Positions 51,195-64,000 of a stretch of 64,000 bases of DNA are shown here, one piece after another. The translations under genes and the position numbers were made by a program. Numbering within the stretch: the first letter of the stretch is position 1; the number at the start of each line of letters is the position of its first letter. Origin of the DNA: Eledone cirrhosa (Eukaryota); the NCBI GenBank assembly GCA_964016885.1, contig OZ024742.1, positions 220,720,001 through 220,784,000 on the forward strand. Direction: 5' to 3'. Below the pieces are notes generated by a model. The model was given only the letters and a program-made list of their open reading frames with translations, had not been told where the DNA came from and ran no database searches.

Positions 51195-52390
51195 AAAGTC
51201 AAAGCACCTCCTTTTTTATTGTGGGAGTGGGATGGCGAGAGATTCGAGTGCCTGGTCAATGCTAGACTCTCTCCAGAGTCCCGCGATCAGGCTGCGTTGC
51301 CCAAGCGATTTGGGGGTCTTGGTCTTCGTAAGTGTTCGTCCCTCTCTCTCTCTCTTGCTTCCTTTCCTCCACCCACCCTTGCTCCACTCTGGTGAGCAGC
51401 ATCCTCTCCACTCCAACATGGACTAGTTCCAACTGGGTGTTGGGTGAAGCTCTCCAGCAATGGAGTGAGTTGGGCTTGTCTCTTCCTGAGAAGGTGGAAG
51501 ACAGTCGAAGTCAGAGAACTTGGGACAGCATAAGTTCGAAAGCCACCTTCGACTCTCTCTTCGTCCAGTCATATCAGTTTGCAAGGTGCCGCTTACTATC
51601 TGCCAGCGCCAAATACTCAGGCGACTGGGTTGATGCTCTACATGAGGCCAACGTTGGAGGCCTACTCAACCTGGACGACTTCGTGTCTCCATCGCCCTCA
51701 GAGTGGGAGCTGACGTCTGCATGGGTTTGAGTTGCCGATGCGGCAAACTCCTCGACTCCACAGGCCTCCATAGTCTTTCTTGCCACCTGAATGCCGGCCG
51801 CTTCGCGCGTCACACGGAGCTAAACCTTATTCTGAAGAGAGCTTTGGCCCGGGCGAGTATCCCCTCAGTCTTGGAACCATCTGGGTTGTCCAGAAGTGAC
51901 GGCAAAAGACCTGACGGCCTTACCCTGTGCCCCTGGTCGAGAGGCAGGTGCCTTGTCTGGGACGTCACGGTTAGTGACTCTTTTGCTCTTTCCCACATCC
52001 TGGATGCTGCGGTTAGGACGAGAGCCACAGCTTCTGCAGCCGAGCGGAGTAAGACCCTCAAATACTCTGATCTGTTGGCCAGCTACATTTTTTTAGCCTG
52101 TGGCTTTCGAGACGTTTGGGGGAGTCGGGCCGCTGACTGCGAGGTTCCTCTCTTCACTGGCGGCTCGCCTAATAGAGGTAACTGGCGAATCTCGCGAGGG
52201 CGCTTGGCTGTTTCAGCGCATCAGCATCGCCATCACATGAGGCAACGCTGCGAGTGTACTGACTTGCCTAAACAATCATTAGAGAGGTTGCCCAGTACTC
52301 TTCGCGACGTTGCTGTCTTTTGCTCTGGTGTTGGATCCGTTGTTCACCCCTTCCTTTACATTTTATTTAATATTGTAACATTAAAAGAAT
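51195..52390 (+). pseudogene. 3' end of an RLE-type (CRE-like) non-LTR retrotransposon, frameshifted
   Basis: QAALPKRFGGLGLR, zinc knuckle CRCG..H.LSC, RH..LN, and GKRPDGLT..PWSRG..LVWDVT (PD-D nuclease). Confidence 0.85.
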
Positions 52391-53044
52391 ATATCTTTCT
52401 GAATGAATCGCGAGCTATTTATAATGTTATCGAAGCATTTGTAATGTTATTTATGTATATATTTAAAACATATTTGTTATGTTTTATTTGTTGTGGAAGA
52501 AATGACGAACACGACAAATACCAACAATTCTAGTTTAATATATATCTTTACTTCAATTCAGCAAAAAGGAAAAAATAAGATTACTTCGAATCGTAAATAT
52601 AATGTTTGATTATAGTGTTCACAAATGAATATAGCGAGTCAGTTAGGACCACAGGACAGCCTATTTATAATGACCGCTAATTATTTTACTGATAGATAAC
52701 AGATAGCCCTAGAATATGTTCTCCTTCCTACGACTGATGCCGTAAATCCCACCACCAGGAAAATGTATCTATTGTCGTTTCTGCGCGGTCGCATGTCACT
52801 TGGTGGCCGTGGACGTAAGAGAACACCGTGGGGAAACATTTCTTTCGTTATATTAGTTCCCCGCCCAGATCGAAACGGGAGTAGTGATCGATAATCGAAA
52901 AGGTAGCAAAAGAGAGAACCAATTGCTTCAGATATAAAACTGTTACATACGTCCCTTGTAGAAAGGGAAAAACAAAACAAAATGCAATAAAAATAATAAA
53001 ATAAATAAATAAAAATGGACAAATTATAGATGTAATGAGGAATG

Positions 53045-56000
53045 TTATTCGAAATGTTGGACATAGCGAGATGACCAGTACAGCCGTCGACTGGATCTGC
53101 TGCTTGTTGTTGGCATAGAGTTAGGAGTATCGGTGATTGGGAGCGTTGATGTTTGGTTAACCTGGTCCGATGGTGATGGTTCTTTCAAATCCATATATGG
53201 GCTTCTTTTAGTCGGTCGACACAGCATCCCTCTTTCCTTTAGTGTCCAAAATGAAATGCTTGGGTGTCCTTTTGAGTACTTAGTGGGACCCAGAGTATGG
53301 TGGTTGTAAAGGAGCTCTGAGAGTGACCTTTCTGAGAAAAACGTGTATCCATTGCTGTATGTCAGATGGAACATGAGAACTAACAATTTGAGGGCGGGGG
53401 GCAACGTATGGCAGGTTTAACATATAGGTCCGCAGACAATTGATGTAGTTCGTTGGATCCGCGGGGTGTTGAGAATCAGGTGAATTATTTGTCCGGCTAA
53501 TACTAATGTTGTGCCATTAACCAGCTCAGCTGGCGTTAAACCAAGTTCTTCTTTTACGATGGAGCGAATTCCAAGAAAGATGAGGGGTAAGATTTTCAAC
53601 CATTTGCTGTTGTTGACATAGGTCCTGAATCAGATTTTAATTTCCGATGGAATCGTTCCACCATACCGTTAGCTGCAGGATGATAATCTGTTGTACGTGT
53701 TCGGTTACAATCTAAGAGGCGTGACAATTCGTTAAATAGGTTCGATTCGAACTGGCCTCTTCTGTCCGTTGTGATGGTAGGTGCCACAGTGCGAAATATA
53801 ATACTATACTAGCGTATTGGCAATAGATTCAGTTGAGCTATCAGGCAGAGGAATGGCTTCAGGCCACCAGAAGAATCCGTCCACACATGTCAAAAGGTGA
53901 GTGCAACCCTGAGAAGGAGGCAGTGGTCTAACAACGTCGATGTGTAGATGTTGGAACGTGCATTTGATGCTGCGAAAGTTCCCAGAGGAGTTTTGACATG
54001 GTGGTGATTATTTGCCTTCTGACACTGGACGCATCCCTGACATCCTTATTCACACCAACTAACACAAACCACACAAACCGGGCTGTTATTAACTTGAAGG
54101 TGCAGTTGGCACCAGGATGCGACAGGTTGTCGATGCCTTTGATGTACATAAGGGCGCGTGTAAACTGTAGATATAACTCACCAAATACGACCAGGAAAAA
54201 AAAGGTAGAGGAAGGAGCTTGAAAGACAAAAAGAAGAAATTTTCGGAGTTTGAGGAACACCTCATCCGTCTGTTGGGCCGCAGTAATATCTCGGAGGCTG
54301 GTGGAAACAGAGGTGTGCAGTGCGAATATGGCGAATATCCGTAGTATACTGGGATATATAATCCATTTGGCGCACTACGTGAGTGGCGGCCAGGATTGGA
54401 ATATAAAGCGTACGTGAGAGGTTTGTGGTCCGTGTAAATAGAGAACAGAGAACCTTCTAACATGTGCCGGAAATATCTCACATTGAGGTATGCTGCAAAA
54501 AGTTCCCGACCAAATGTGCTGTACTTCATTTCAGTCGGTTTGAGGCGCATAGAGAAGAAAGAAATGGGCTGCCATACATCGTTTATACATTGTTGGAGGA
54601 CGCCACCGACTCTGACATCCGACGCATCGACGAACAGACAGAGTGATGCGTCGGGTTTGTGATGAACCAGCATTGTAGCCTCTGCTAAGGCCCTCTTGAT
54701 TTTAAGGGGTTGATGATGACAGCTAACTGAGAAAAACGCTCGAAAAGCAGTTGTAGGTGCCTTTCCTATTCCTCACGGGACGTGATGGCAACCGGCATAT
54801 TATCAATATACGTGTATACACAGGGTAAACTACACTACTGTGTCGCTGAAACACTGAAAGGTTGATGCAGCATTGTGTAAACCGAATGGCACCCAAAGAA
54901 ACTCGAAGGGGCCGAAATGAGTTGTAATGGCCGCTTTCGGAATGTCATCCGGTTCAACAGGAATCTGGTTGTACGCCCCCACGAGACCGATTTTCGAAAA
55001 TACTCTAACTCCATGTAGGGTAGCAGTGAAATCCTGTATATGAGGCACCAAGTACTTATCAGGTTTTATGCGTATGTTAAGAAACCGATAGTCCCCATAG
55101 GTTCACCAATCACCTGCAGATTTTTGGGGAACCGTGTGAATGTGTTAAGACCTACTGCTACTGGATGGATGAACAATGCCCATTTCCAACATATGATCGA
55201 ACTCTGCTTTAGCTATCTTAGCGCGATCAGGAGCGAGTCGCCGTGGTTTAGAAGCAACCAGAGGGTCATCGGTCACAATATGATGTGTAACGCTGTGGGT
55301 CACAGGGTGACTGTTAAAAACCTGGCGCGTTATGTCAAGGTGCCTGTGCAGAATAGCATTGTATCTGCCGGACTGCACTGGGTTCAAGAAAACATGGCTG
55401 AGGGAGGGTGTCTTAGTGCTGATACCATACATTGTGTGGCCAGTGGTAGAATCAACCAATCCGTTGTGTTTAACGTGCACCAGTAGGCCGAAATGGTGTA
55501 GGAAATCCGCTCCTAGGGTCGGAGTCGACAACTTGGCGATGACAAAAACCCACTGGAAAACTCGGTGGAGTCCCATATACAAGGTTAGGGACTTTTCTCC
55601 GAATGTAGGTATGGAAGAGGGTTTCAGTGTTGGAGAAATTCTGTGGTTTTCCTGCTGTCTGGCACCAAGGCAGATGGTATCATGCTAACCTCCACCCCGG
55701 TGTCCACCAGAAACTGCACACCGGTGGATCGGTCACTAATATGACACAGGCGACTAGGTTTGAAAGAGCCAGGTGTAGTTGCCACAGTTACTGTTTGGCT
55801 ACGTTGTTTCCCGGAACATAACAGGAGTTCCTCCGAAAAGAACAGGGCAATAGGTATTTACGGGCCCTTCCGTCGAATTTACGATAGTATAAGCATATGG
55901 GATCGGTCGTCCAGGTACGACTCCGGTCTCGCGGGCGCCGATGGAAAGCACGCCGAGATGGACCGGCGCTGCTGCGTGGCTGAAGCTGTATTTAAGCCAT

Positions 56001-56440
56001 ACGTGTGCCTCCAGAGCTGCTACATCCGTAACAAAAGACGAGGAAGAAGGAGAAAATTATGAAGAAAAAGAAGATGAAAAAGAGCGTACTAGTGGACGGG
56101 TCTGTGTTTCCTGGGCCACAAATGACAGTGGCATTGCAACCTCCATGATTCTGACGGCTGAACCCACCAACTCTTCGATTGGGAGCCGGCAAAATGCTGC
56201 GAGTGGCTGGCGGCAGCCTTTGTAGGAACAGTTGTTTCAGGATGGCCGGCTCCATGGTATTTTCCGCCAACAGTTACTTTAAACGTCTTAAAAATTGGTG
56301 GGGTTGGTGGTGGTGGGATTGCTGTGCATTATAATTTTTTGTTTATGAACGGCCTCCCAAACCTGACGTACGCCGGACTCTCCAAGGTCTAAATTCAGCC
56401 CTGCTCCACTAATGTTGTTGATGTTGTGTCCATTCATGCT
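53045..56440 (-). pseudogene. Degenerate Ty3/Gypsy gag-pol with many frameshifts
   Basis: gag LKQLFLQRLP, GGGAAAC slippery site (55806-55812), protease LGADFLHHF, RT VPHIQDF/AYNQIPVEPDDIPK, RNase H VDAS/YTDHKPL, integrase [10 protein letters not shown]. Confidence 0.9.
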
Positions 56441-56734
56441 GTTTGTAGCAAATCCTTGCAAAATTAATTTAGTATTTAGTCGGATATCTCTACGAATTCG
56501 GATAAAAGGTGTCTTCAGTGGGTATAGTTAGAACAATATCCAGTTATTCAAATGGCTGGTATTTGCGGCATTACTGCCGGAGATAGTATTAATTTTAAAT
56601 TTAGTGAATAGTCTCCCACGCCACAATGTGCGACTCGTCACGTTGATTATGTATGTATGCATACTTGTATGTATGTATGTATGTATGTATGTATGTATGT
56701 ATGTATGTATGTATGTATGTATGTATGTATGTAT

Positions 56735-57147
56735 GTCAATGGCCATCCAAAATCACCGGGAGAGATGACCCCTTAGGCAGAATTCTAGGAGAAGGAAAAC
56801 TCTGATATAACACCTGCAACCCTGATGGTATCCAATGATGTTGACTTTTTCTTCTTTTTGGTAAATATCATCTTGGTCAAGAGAGTGGGACTGGCTTTGT
56901 GCAGTGCCTTTGCTCACTATAAAAGCTTCATGGCACAGGCATTGCTTTATATCTGGAGATATCTCTGCACTTGTCGTCACATGGGCCCAGCACTATGTGT
57001 CAATGATTATCACAAGTGTAGTGTTTGTACCAGAGTTTTCAAGTCGCTGGCTGGACTAAAAAGTCACACAGGTTCAGCGCATCGGTAGGGGTTCTCCTAC
57101 ATGGATATAAAGTAGTGGCCGTACTCGAAAACGAGTTGGCAGCCACC
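56735..57147 (+). mobile_element. Third copy of the RTE-derived retroposon, inside (ATGT)n
   Basis: Matches 29861-30321 and is flanked by (ATGT)n on both sides. Confidence 0.82.
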
Positions 57148-57572
57148 ATGTATGTATGTATGTATGTATGTATGTATGTATGTATGTATGTATGTATGTA
57201 TGTATGTATGTATGCATGCATGCATGCATGCTTGTATGTATGTATGCATGCTTGTATGTATGTATGTATGTATGTATGTATGTATGTATGTATGTATGTA
57301 TGTATGTATGTATATGTTTGTGGTTAGATGAATGTTTTGTCTTTTTTTTTAAATTTTGAGTTTATTTTGAGTGGCAAAGTTATAAATAAAAGGATCTTTC
57401 CATCCTCCCTTATGCTATTTAAGGAGGCTAAGACGTACAATTGACAAGTCGTTATATACACTGGCCTAGAACTTTGAGTGGTGGATAGCTACTGCCAATT
57501 CTGTTGCTAACAAATCTATGACCGAATGTGACTGTGTGCTGGGGTGCCAACTTTTCATCTTTTTCCGTGTTC

Positions 57573-57609
<37 letters not shown>

Positions 57610-58182
57610 CTTTACCCTTTCTAGCAGTCTCTCTCTCTCTCTGTTAGCCTCTTCCTCAACTTTCACTTACTCATTCTCTGTCACCACCTCTCCTGCTCCT
57701 CCTCTTTCTTCCCGTTTGACCTGTCCGAATTCTTTTCTTGCGCGCTCTTGGCCAAGCCGGTATGAATTTTTTTTTCTCTCTCTCTCTCTCGTCTGCGACT
57801 TCACAGAACTTATGTTTACCGAATTCGCAGACCAGACCCCTTCTTCCTCCCGTTAGACCTGTGCGAAATTCCTTCCTTGCTCACATTTCAACCAGGTTTG
57901 ATGGTCTTTTGTCTCTCGTTCACGATTACACCGAGTTTATATTCATAGAAATCTGGGACTTGTCTCTTTCTCCTCACTTTCCGTTGCTTAAACCATTTTG
58001 TTTGTTCACCCTAGCGTCCCCTTTATTTACGTGTCCCAACGACTTTTTTTTAGCCGTTGTTCGCACCAACCTGAAGTATATGACCTTTAAAGTGATGAAA
58101 TGCCTAGGACGGTTGGAAGGCCACTGATGAAGGACTTACTTTTTCATATGTAACCCATTTGCAACGCCGCAGCTCCATTATT

Positions 58183-58235
<53 letters not shown>

Positions 58236-58289
58236 GAATGAGTCAGGACTCTGACAGCTGAACTCAAGCCGTTTCAACAGTTCCAATTG

Positions 58290-58785
58290 AATCCATCATG
58301 ATTTTTATATATACAAATACCGTTCAACAGACACAGGGTGAAACTCGACTACTCCTGTGCTAAGAATATGAAGGCCCACATCGCCAACAACCCTAAAAGC
58401 ACAACCCCACCAGGATGTTCTTCCCGAAGGCCTGTAGCTTGTCCCCTTCAACAACAGTGCAACACACTCGCTGTAATTTACGAAGCTCTAGTCACTTCTA
58501 AACGACCAAATCAACAACAAAAGGTCAAATCCTATGTAGGTATGGCGGAGGGCCGATTTAAAGAACGCTTCCTGAATCATTTGTCGACATTTAGACACCC
58601 GGATAAACGATGGACAAACGATCGTTCACGAAGCTTGCAAGCCACATATGGTCCCTCAAGATGCAGGCGTCAATTACTCCATCCAATGGAAAGTTATAAC
58701 CAAGTCTAAGCCATACGGAAATGAGAATCCGTCTTGTAGGTTGTGCATTGAAGACAGAATCAATATCCTAAGGAAAATGCGTAAT
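58290..58785 (+). pseudogene. Degenerate PLE GIY-YIG fragment (Naiad-like)
   Basis: VKLDYSC..NM, CPL..QC, VIYEALV..YVGMAEG.FKER..NH, CRLC. Confidence 0.82.
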
Positions 58786-59313
58786 TATAACGGTAAATAA
58801 ATTAAGAAAAATGGACTAAGAAAAAATAAAGATTATGAAGAGCTTTGAAAAGTATCAAGAGTATAAGGTTACGAAAAGTGGATAATTCTAATTCTAATGT
58901 AAGTGATTAGTTAAAAGTAAATTACTCATTTATTAAAGGGTAAGTAAACTTGTACACGCCGCGTACATGTGTGTGTATTGTGAAAGAAATTCAATGACAC
59001 GACCTTCCCACGAGACTGGCGTAGCAGCCCTCTCCATTCCTGCAATATCCGAGAGAGGGTTCAAGCGACTGAGTAAAAAGAAAACCCCCCAAAAAACAAG
59101 AAAATTTCTTGAACATTACGTTCAATTAATCCCAAGCATTCAAGCTAGAGAACCCAATCTTGGCGTCCATCAAGTAACTCAGAAGACAGCTAGGTCGTCA
59201 GGTGGAGTAACGCACACCAAATAATGATAAAGATAATGGTAATAATCATAACGATAATAAGATTAACAAATAAAGGGTATAAGTAAATAAATTACGTAGA
59301 GTATGGATAATTA

Positions 59314-61687
59314 AACTGGTCAACAAGTATTTTTCATCAAGCATATGTCGAGGTGTACTTAGTGTAGTTTTTCATACTGATTTCAAATATACAATTACTT
59401 TTTTGACATCACGTACATTTTTCAAGATGAGAAGGTTTTTTGGTTTTAGCTCATGCATTATATAGAAATTCCAATTAATGACGCTTATGCATGTATTTCA
59501 TTTACATCATGGAAACATACCTTTAAAATAAACTACATTATTCATTGTTGCATAGTTCAGATGCAATATTTCATCATCTTAAATTAACCAATCAAGTTTT
59601 GTCTGATGAAATAGGTATTTCAACATTTCAAATTGTCCAGTCATAATTGGTCTGATGAAATATTTCATCATCTCAAATTCAATATAAGTATAACAGTTTG
59701 TATCTATTTCCTTACTTGTTTTAGTGTTAACAATGTCAAGACTGTAGAAATCGTCCTGATGTGTTTTGTCATGTCTGTGGACAATTTATTGTGAAAGCTC
59801 AAAAACGTACAATAACACGCGAGATCAAGAAGATTTATAAGCTATACTTTGACTGTCCTCTTGGAGATCAGGACAAGTTATGGGCACCGCATTTTATCTG
59901 CTCAGCTTGCTCAAATAGCTTACGTGACTGGTTCAATAAGAAGTCCATGTCTTTTGCCATTCCAATGATATGGAGGGAGCCGAAGACCATTTTAATGACT
60001 GTTATTTTTGCAAAATAAATGTCACAGGATTTTCTATGAAGAATAAACACAAAATTGTGTATCCCAATTTGGATTGTGCAATGAGACCTGTGTCTCACAA
60101 TGGAAGTCTGCCAATTCCAGTTCCACCAAATGATGGTATTGATAGATCAGATGTTGATGCTGACTGTCACAATAGTGCTGCAGAGGAAGATTACATGGCT
60201 GATGACGATAGCTTTGAACCTCAGAAATTTTCCCAAGCTGAACAGAATGACCTTATCAGAGACCTATCCCTCTCAAAAGATAAAACAGAACTGTTGGCAT
60301 CAAGACTGAAGGAGAAGTATCTGCTAGAGCACGGTGTTCGTATAACTTATTTTCGGCAGAGAAATGTGGTTCTACAAACGTGTTTTTCTGTTGAAGGCTC
60401 GCTTTGCTTTTGCAGTAACATTGATGGACTTTTCGAATGTTTATCACAAAATCATGATCCTGCAGAGTGGCGTTTGTTTATTGACTCTTCAAAACGAAGT
60501 TTAAAAGCTGTACTTCTCCATAATGGTAATTTGAAGCCCCCCATTCCTATTGCACACTTCGTTCATCTTCATGAATCATATGAGAATATGGAACTTTTAC
60601 TTCATGCCTATGAAAGATACTCATGGAAAATATGTGGAGATTTAAAAGTCATTGGAATGTTAATGGGAATGCAGTCAGATTTCACAAAATACTGTTGTTT
60701 CTTGTGTCTATGGGATAGTCGGGCAACTAACAGACATTATTCGGAACCAAACTGGCAGACAAGAACATCATACCAGCCAGGACTGTCTGGCGTCATGAAT
60801 ACACCTCTTGTAGACCCATGTAATATCTTATTGCCTCCTTTGCACATAAAGCTTGGGCTGATGAAACAGTTTGTAAAGACACTAGGGAAGAGAAATGCCA
60901 GATGGTTTGAGTATATTGTAGAAAAGTTTCCCAAAAATCACACAGGCGAAATTGAAAGAGGGTATCTTTGTCGGATCCCACAAATTAGAGAAGTACTCAA
61001 AGATGTCAACTTCAAGACAACACTGGATGAACTGGAACTGCCTGCCTGGAATGCTTTAAATTGGATCTGTGAGAATTTCATGGGCAACAAGAAGGCAATG
61101 GACTACAAGAATGGCATCAAGAATCTTCTGAAATGTTACTCAGCAATGGGTTGTCGCATGTCACTGAAAGTTCCCTTCTTGGACTTCCATCTGGATTTCT
61201 TCGCAGATAACTTTGGAGCAGTGTCTAATGAACATGGTGAAAGATTTCACCAGGACATTAGTGCTATGGAGAAACAGTACCAAGGCTTCTGGAATGACAG
61301 TATGCTGGCTCACTACTGCTGGACACTTTACCGTGATCAACCAGATCAGGAACACCACAGGAAATCCAAATCACAATGTTTCTAACACTGTTGTTCTAAC
61401 TTTGTCTGTTTTGTCTGACCAAATTTTTTGTGTATTCACTCTTTGTAGAAAGATAGTGATGATTTTTAACTCAATAAACTCATTACTTTCTAAAAAATAA
61501 TATGTCCTTATTTATTACGTTAATGATTTCATATATACAAATATGTAAATTTGCATGATCCTACTGAAAAACTGATACTTGTTGCATACAAATGGAGTGA
61601 AATTTTGAAGTCAGCATGAAAATTTAGTCTAAAAAAGTTGGTTTGCATTCATAATGAGTATAATACATTTAATTGTGTTGACCAATG
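59314..61687 (+). mobile_element. Chapaev3-type (CMC superfamily) DNA transposon, both ends present
   Basis: TIRs AACTGGTCAACA and (reverse complement) CATTGGTCAACA, with a TTA duplication on both sides (59311-59313, 61688-61690). Confidence 0.85.
59733..61385 (+). pseudogene. Chapaev3 transposase with frameshifts (~59740, ~59985, ~60930-60980)
   Basis: FCHVCG..GDQDK.WAPH..C..C, PMIWREP.DH.NDCYFC, WRLFIDSSKRSLKAVLLHNGN, ICGDLKV, CFLCLWDSRA, LPPLHIKLGLMK, EHGERFHQD. Confidence 0.9.
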
Positions 61688-61794
61688 TTATGATTATAAT
61701 ATTATGTAATAATTAAAGAAGTCGGTAGCTGGTATTGGATCAAAAATGATCGCCTAATATCAAATTATACATGGAATATAAAATAACGGTATAA

Positions 61795-62049
61795 TCTACT
61801 ATATAAAATGGCAATTTCTGTCTATCTGTGTGTAACCAGTTGGCGTCTAAACCAGTGATCCGATCCTGATGAAACTTTACTCACATGTTAAGCTAATATT
61901 CCAAAACAGGACTGGCTATTTGGAATCCCTGGGGACATTAAACCCTGCTCCCACAACTCAGTCCTCCAAAACGAGGCAACAACTTATTTGTTTTTTTGTT
62001 CTTCATTCTGTAGAGAAAGAGAGAGAGGGGATAAGAGAGAAAGAGATGG

Positions 62050-62086
<37 letters not shown>

Positions 62087-62651
62087 AAGAGAGAGAGAGA
62101 GAGAGGGGGATGAGAGAGAGAGAGAGAGAAAGAGAGCCAAACAAAGAGAGTGAGGGGGGGGGATTAGGGAAGAGAGAGAAAGAAAACAGAAAAATGATAG
62201 CATAGTTCGATAACTAACTTTTATTTATTTATTTTTTAAACGCTTCTAAACTAACCCCTTTCTTAACATTACTTCTCTTTCTCTCCCTCTTTCACAAAAG
62301 TCGTAATGAGAGTGTGTGTATGTGAGTGCGTGTGCGCGTGTGTGTCTCACAAAAACCAAACTAATAAAAAAAACTAGATACACACAGATAGAACAAGCAA
62401 CCAACTAGAGACAAGTAAATAAACGTATAAAGGAATAAATAAAAACACACACACCCGTATTTAACGCACGGTCAACCCAAGTGGGGTGTAATCATTTTTA
62501 TCTATGTACTCAACTTCATCCAGGTAACCTGCTCAGCTAACAAAGTAATTTTCGAAGAAAGACTATCACAATGCTTTAAATAGAGCAGGTTACTCTGCGC
62601 TCTTGCAATAAATGAAGTGTCGCATAATAAGCTGAACAATGGTCTCACTAG
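61795..62651 (+). mobile_element. Possible Helitron-like non-autonomous element containing (GA)n
   Basis: A|TCTACTATATAAA 5' end and CTAG|T at ~62647-62651. The 3' hairpin is not convincing. Confidence 0.35.
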
Positions 62652-62666
62652 TCTAAACTGGCGCCT

Positions 62667-62781
<115 letters not shown>

Positions 62782-62793
62782 ATATATATATAT

Positions 62794-63577
62794 AAAAGAA
62801 AATTTTGCTCTACATGGCTGAACACAATAAATGTAATCTAAGTTTTTCGATATTAATAATAACATTTGATTCGTTTGCAATTATGTAAGCAAGCCTCAAT
62901 TTTATAGCCATGTCAGTAGAATGGACCCTCCTTTCTTGCTCTTGTGTTGGCATGCGAACAGAACTGCAGACACTAATGTTTCTGGGTATCACCCTTCATC
63001 AGTACAGCTCACTGTTCACCTGCCAAACTGTCAGACCTAGTGAAAATATATGCTATTTTCGAAAATACACAATGACTGATCGGCCTGATTTGCATATTAG
63101 CAGACTGGCTGATCAGTCAGATATGCATATTAGCAGATCCACTGATCAGCCAGATTTGCATATCAGCAAACTGGCCAGTCAGTTTCCTGTATACGAGCGA
63201 TAAATGGCCGGCTTTACCAAATTCAAATAAAAAAGAAAATTTCTACATACCCAGAAACGTTAGTGTCTGCAGTTCTGTTCACATGCCAACACAATAGCAA
63301 GAATGAAGGGTTCATTCTACTGACATGGCTATAAAATTGAGGCTTGTTTGCATAATTGCAAACGAATCGATTGTTATTATTAATATCCGAAAAATTCAGA
63401 TTACATTTATTGTATTCAGCCATGTAGAGCGAAATTTTCTTTTTTATTTGAATTTGGCAAAGCCGGCCATTTATCGCTCGTATACAGGACACTGACTGGC
63501 CAGTCTGCTGATATGCAAATCTGGCTGATCAGTGGATCTGCTAATATACAGATCTGACTGATCAGCCAGTCTGCTAA
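62794..63577. repeat. Interleaved inverted repeats A-B-A'-B' with 33-bp subrepeats
   Basis: 62794-62989 pairs with 63248-63443, and 63096-63242 pairs with 63431-63577. Confidence 0.85.
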
Positions 63578-63612
63578 ATCCATATTTAATAAAAACACCA
63601 TGTTTTTTATTC

Positions 63613-63667
63613 ATTCTGACGACTGAAGACAGATACAACATCTGTCTTCAAGAAACCACTGGTAAAT
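63613..63667 (+). ncRNA. Type I hammerhead
   Basis: ATT-CTGACGA-c TGAAGACAGAT acaac ATCTGTCTTCA a-GAAA-CCACTGG-TA-AAT, overlapping AATAAA. Confidence 0.7.
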
Positions 63668-63901
63668 AAAATAATTATCTTATGTTGTTTATTACATAAC
63701 TATATATATATATATAAATCTGCTTCGTAGAATCAAGACGTATCTGAGGACCTTGCGATTTTCAGAGTCAGCTTCGATCATCACATCGATCGCATCTCGA
63801 GCTGGTCTTCTCTTTTTCTCTGTGATATCATACTCTGCTCTATGAGAGCATCGAGTGCTCATACGGCCTACCGCATACGGACGCTTTAAGCATCCAACAC
63901 C

Positions 63902-64000
<99 letters not shown>

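Noticed and set aside
58068-58180. CTGAAGT and CTGATGA hammerhead-like cores
   Set aside because: The core is broken or the downstream GAAA and stems cannot be formed.
59600-59672. CTGATGA motifs as hammerheads
   Set aside because: No stem II-GAAA-stem III arrangement follows. They are part of palindromic subterminal motifs of the Chapaev3 element.

Overview
Eukaryotic, extremely repeat-rich intergenic or intronic DNA. It is most likely a cephalopod (Octopus-like), inferred from the SINE families, RTE derivatives and very long (TA)n tracts. No host protein-coding exon is recognisable, and most long ORFs in the track are translations of (TA)n microsatellite. Transposable elements present: three Ty3/Gypsy LTR retrotransposons (one near-intact with 486-bp LTRs but only a 100-aa gag), five Penelope-like element (PLE) coding remnants (RT and/or GIY-YIG), a hAT/Buster remnant, a Chapaev3 DNA transposon, a CRE-like LINE 3' end, three non-autonomous RTE derivatives, two tRNA-derived SINEs and Helitron-like pieces. 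The main discovery is about 30 type I hammerhead ribozyme (HHR) motifs in roughly a dozen sequence families, read and folded by eye. Many sit one per monomer in non-coding tandem or tandem-plus-inverted arrays (310, ~320, ~450, ~540 and 591 bp) embedded in (TA)n. This points to a retrozyme-like or PLE-pLTR-derived self-cleaving RNA system. It includes compensatory U3-A8 core variants, palindromic stem III and a recurrent U.U first pair in stem II. All folds are manual and untested.
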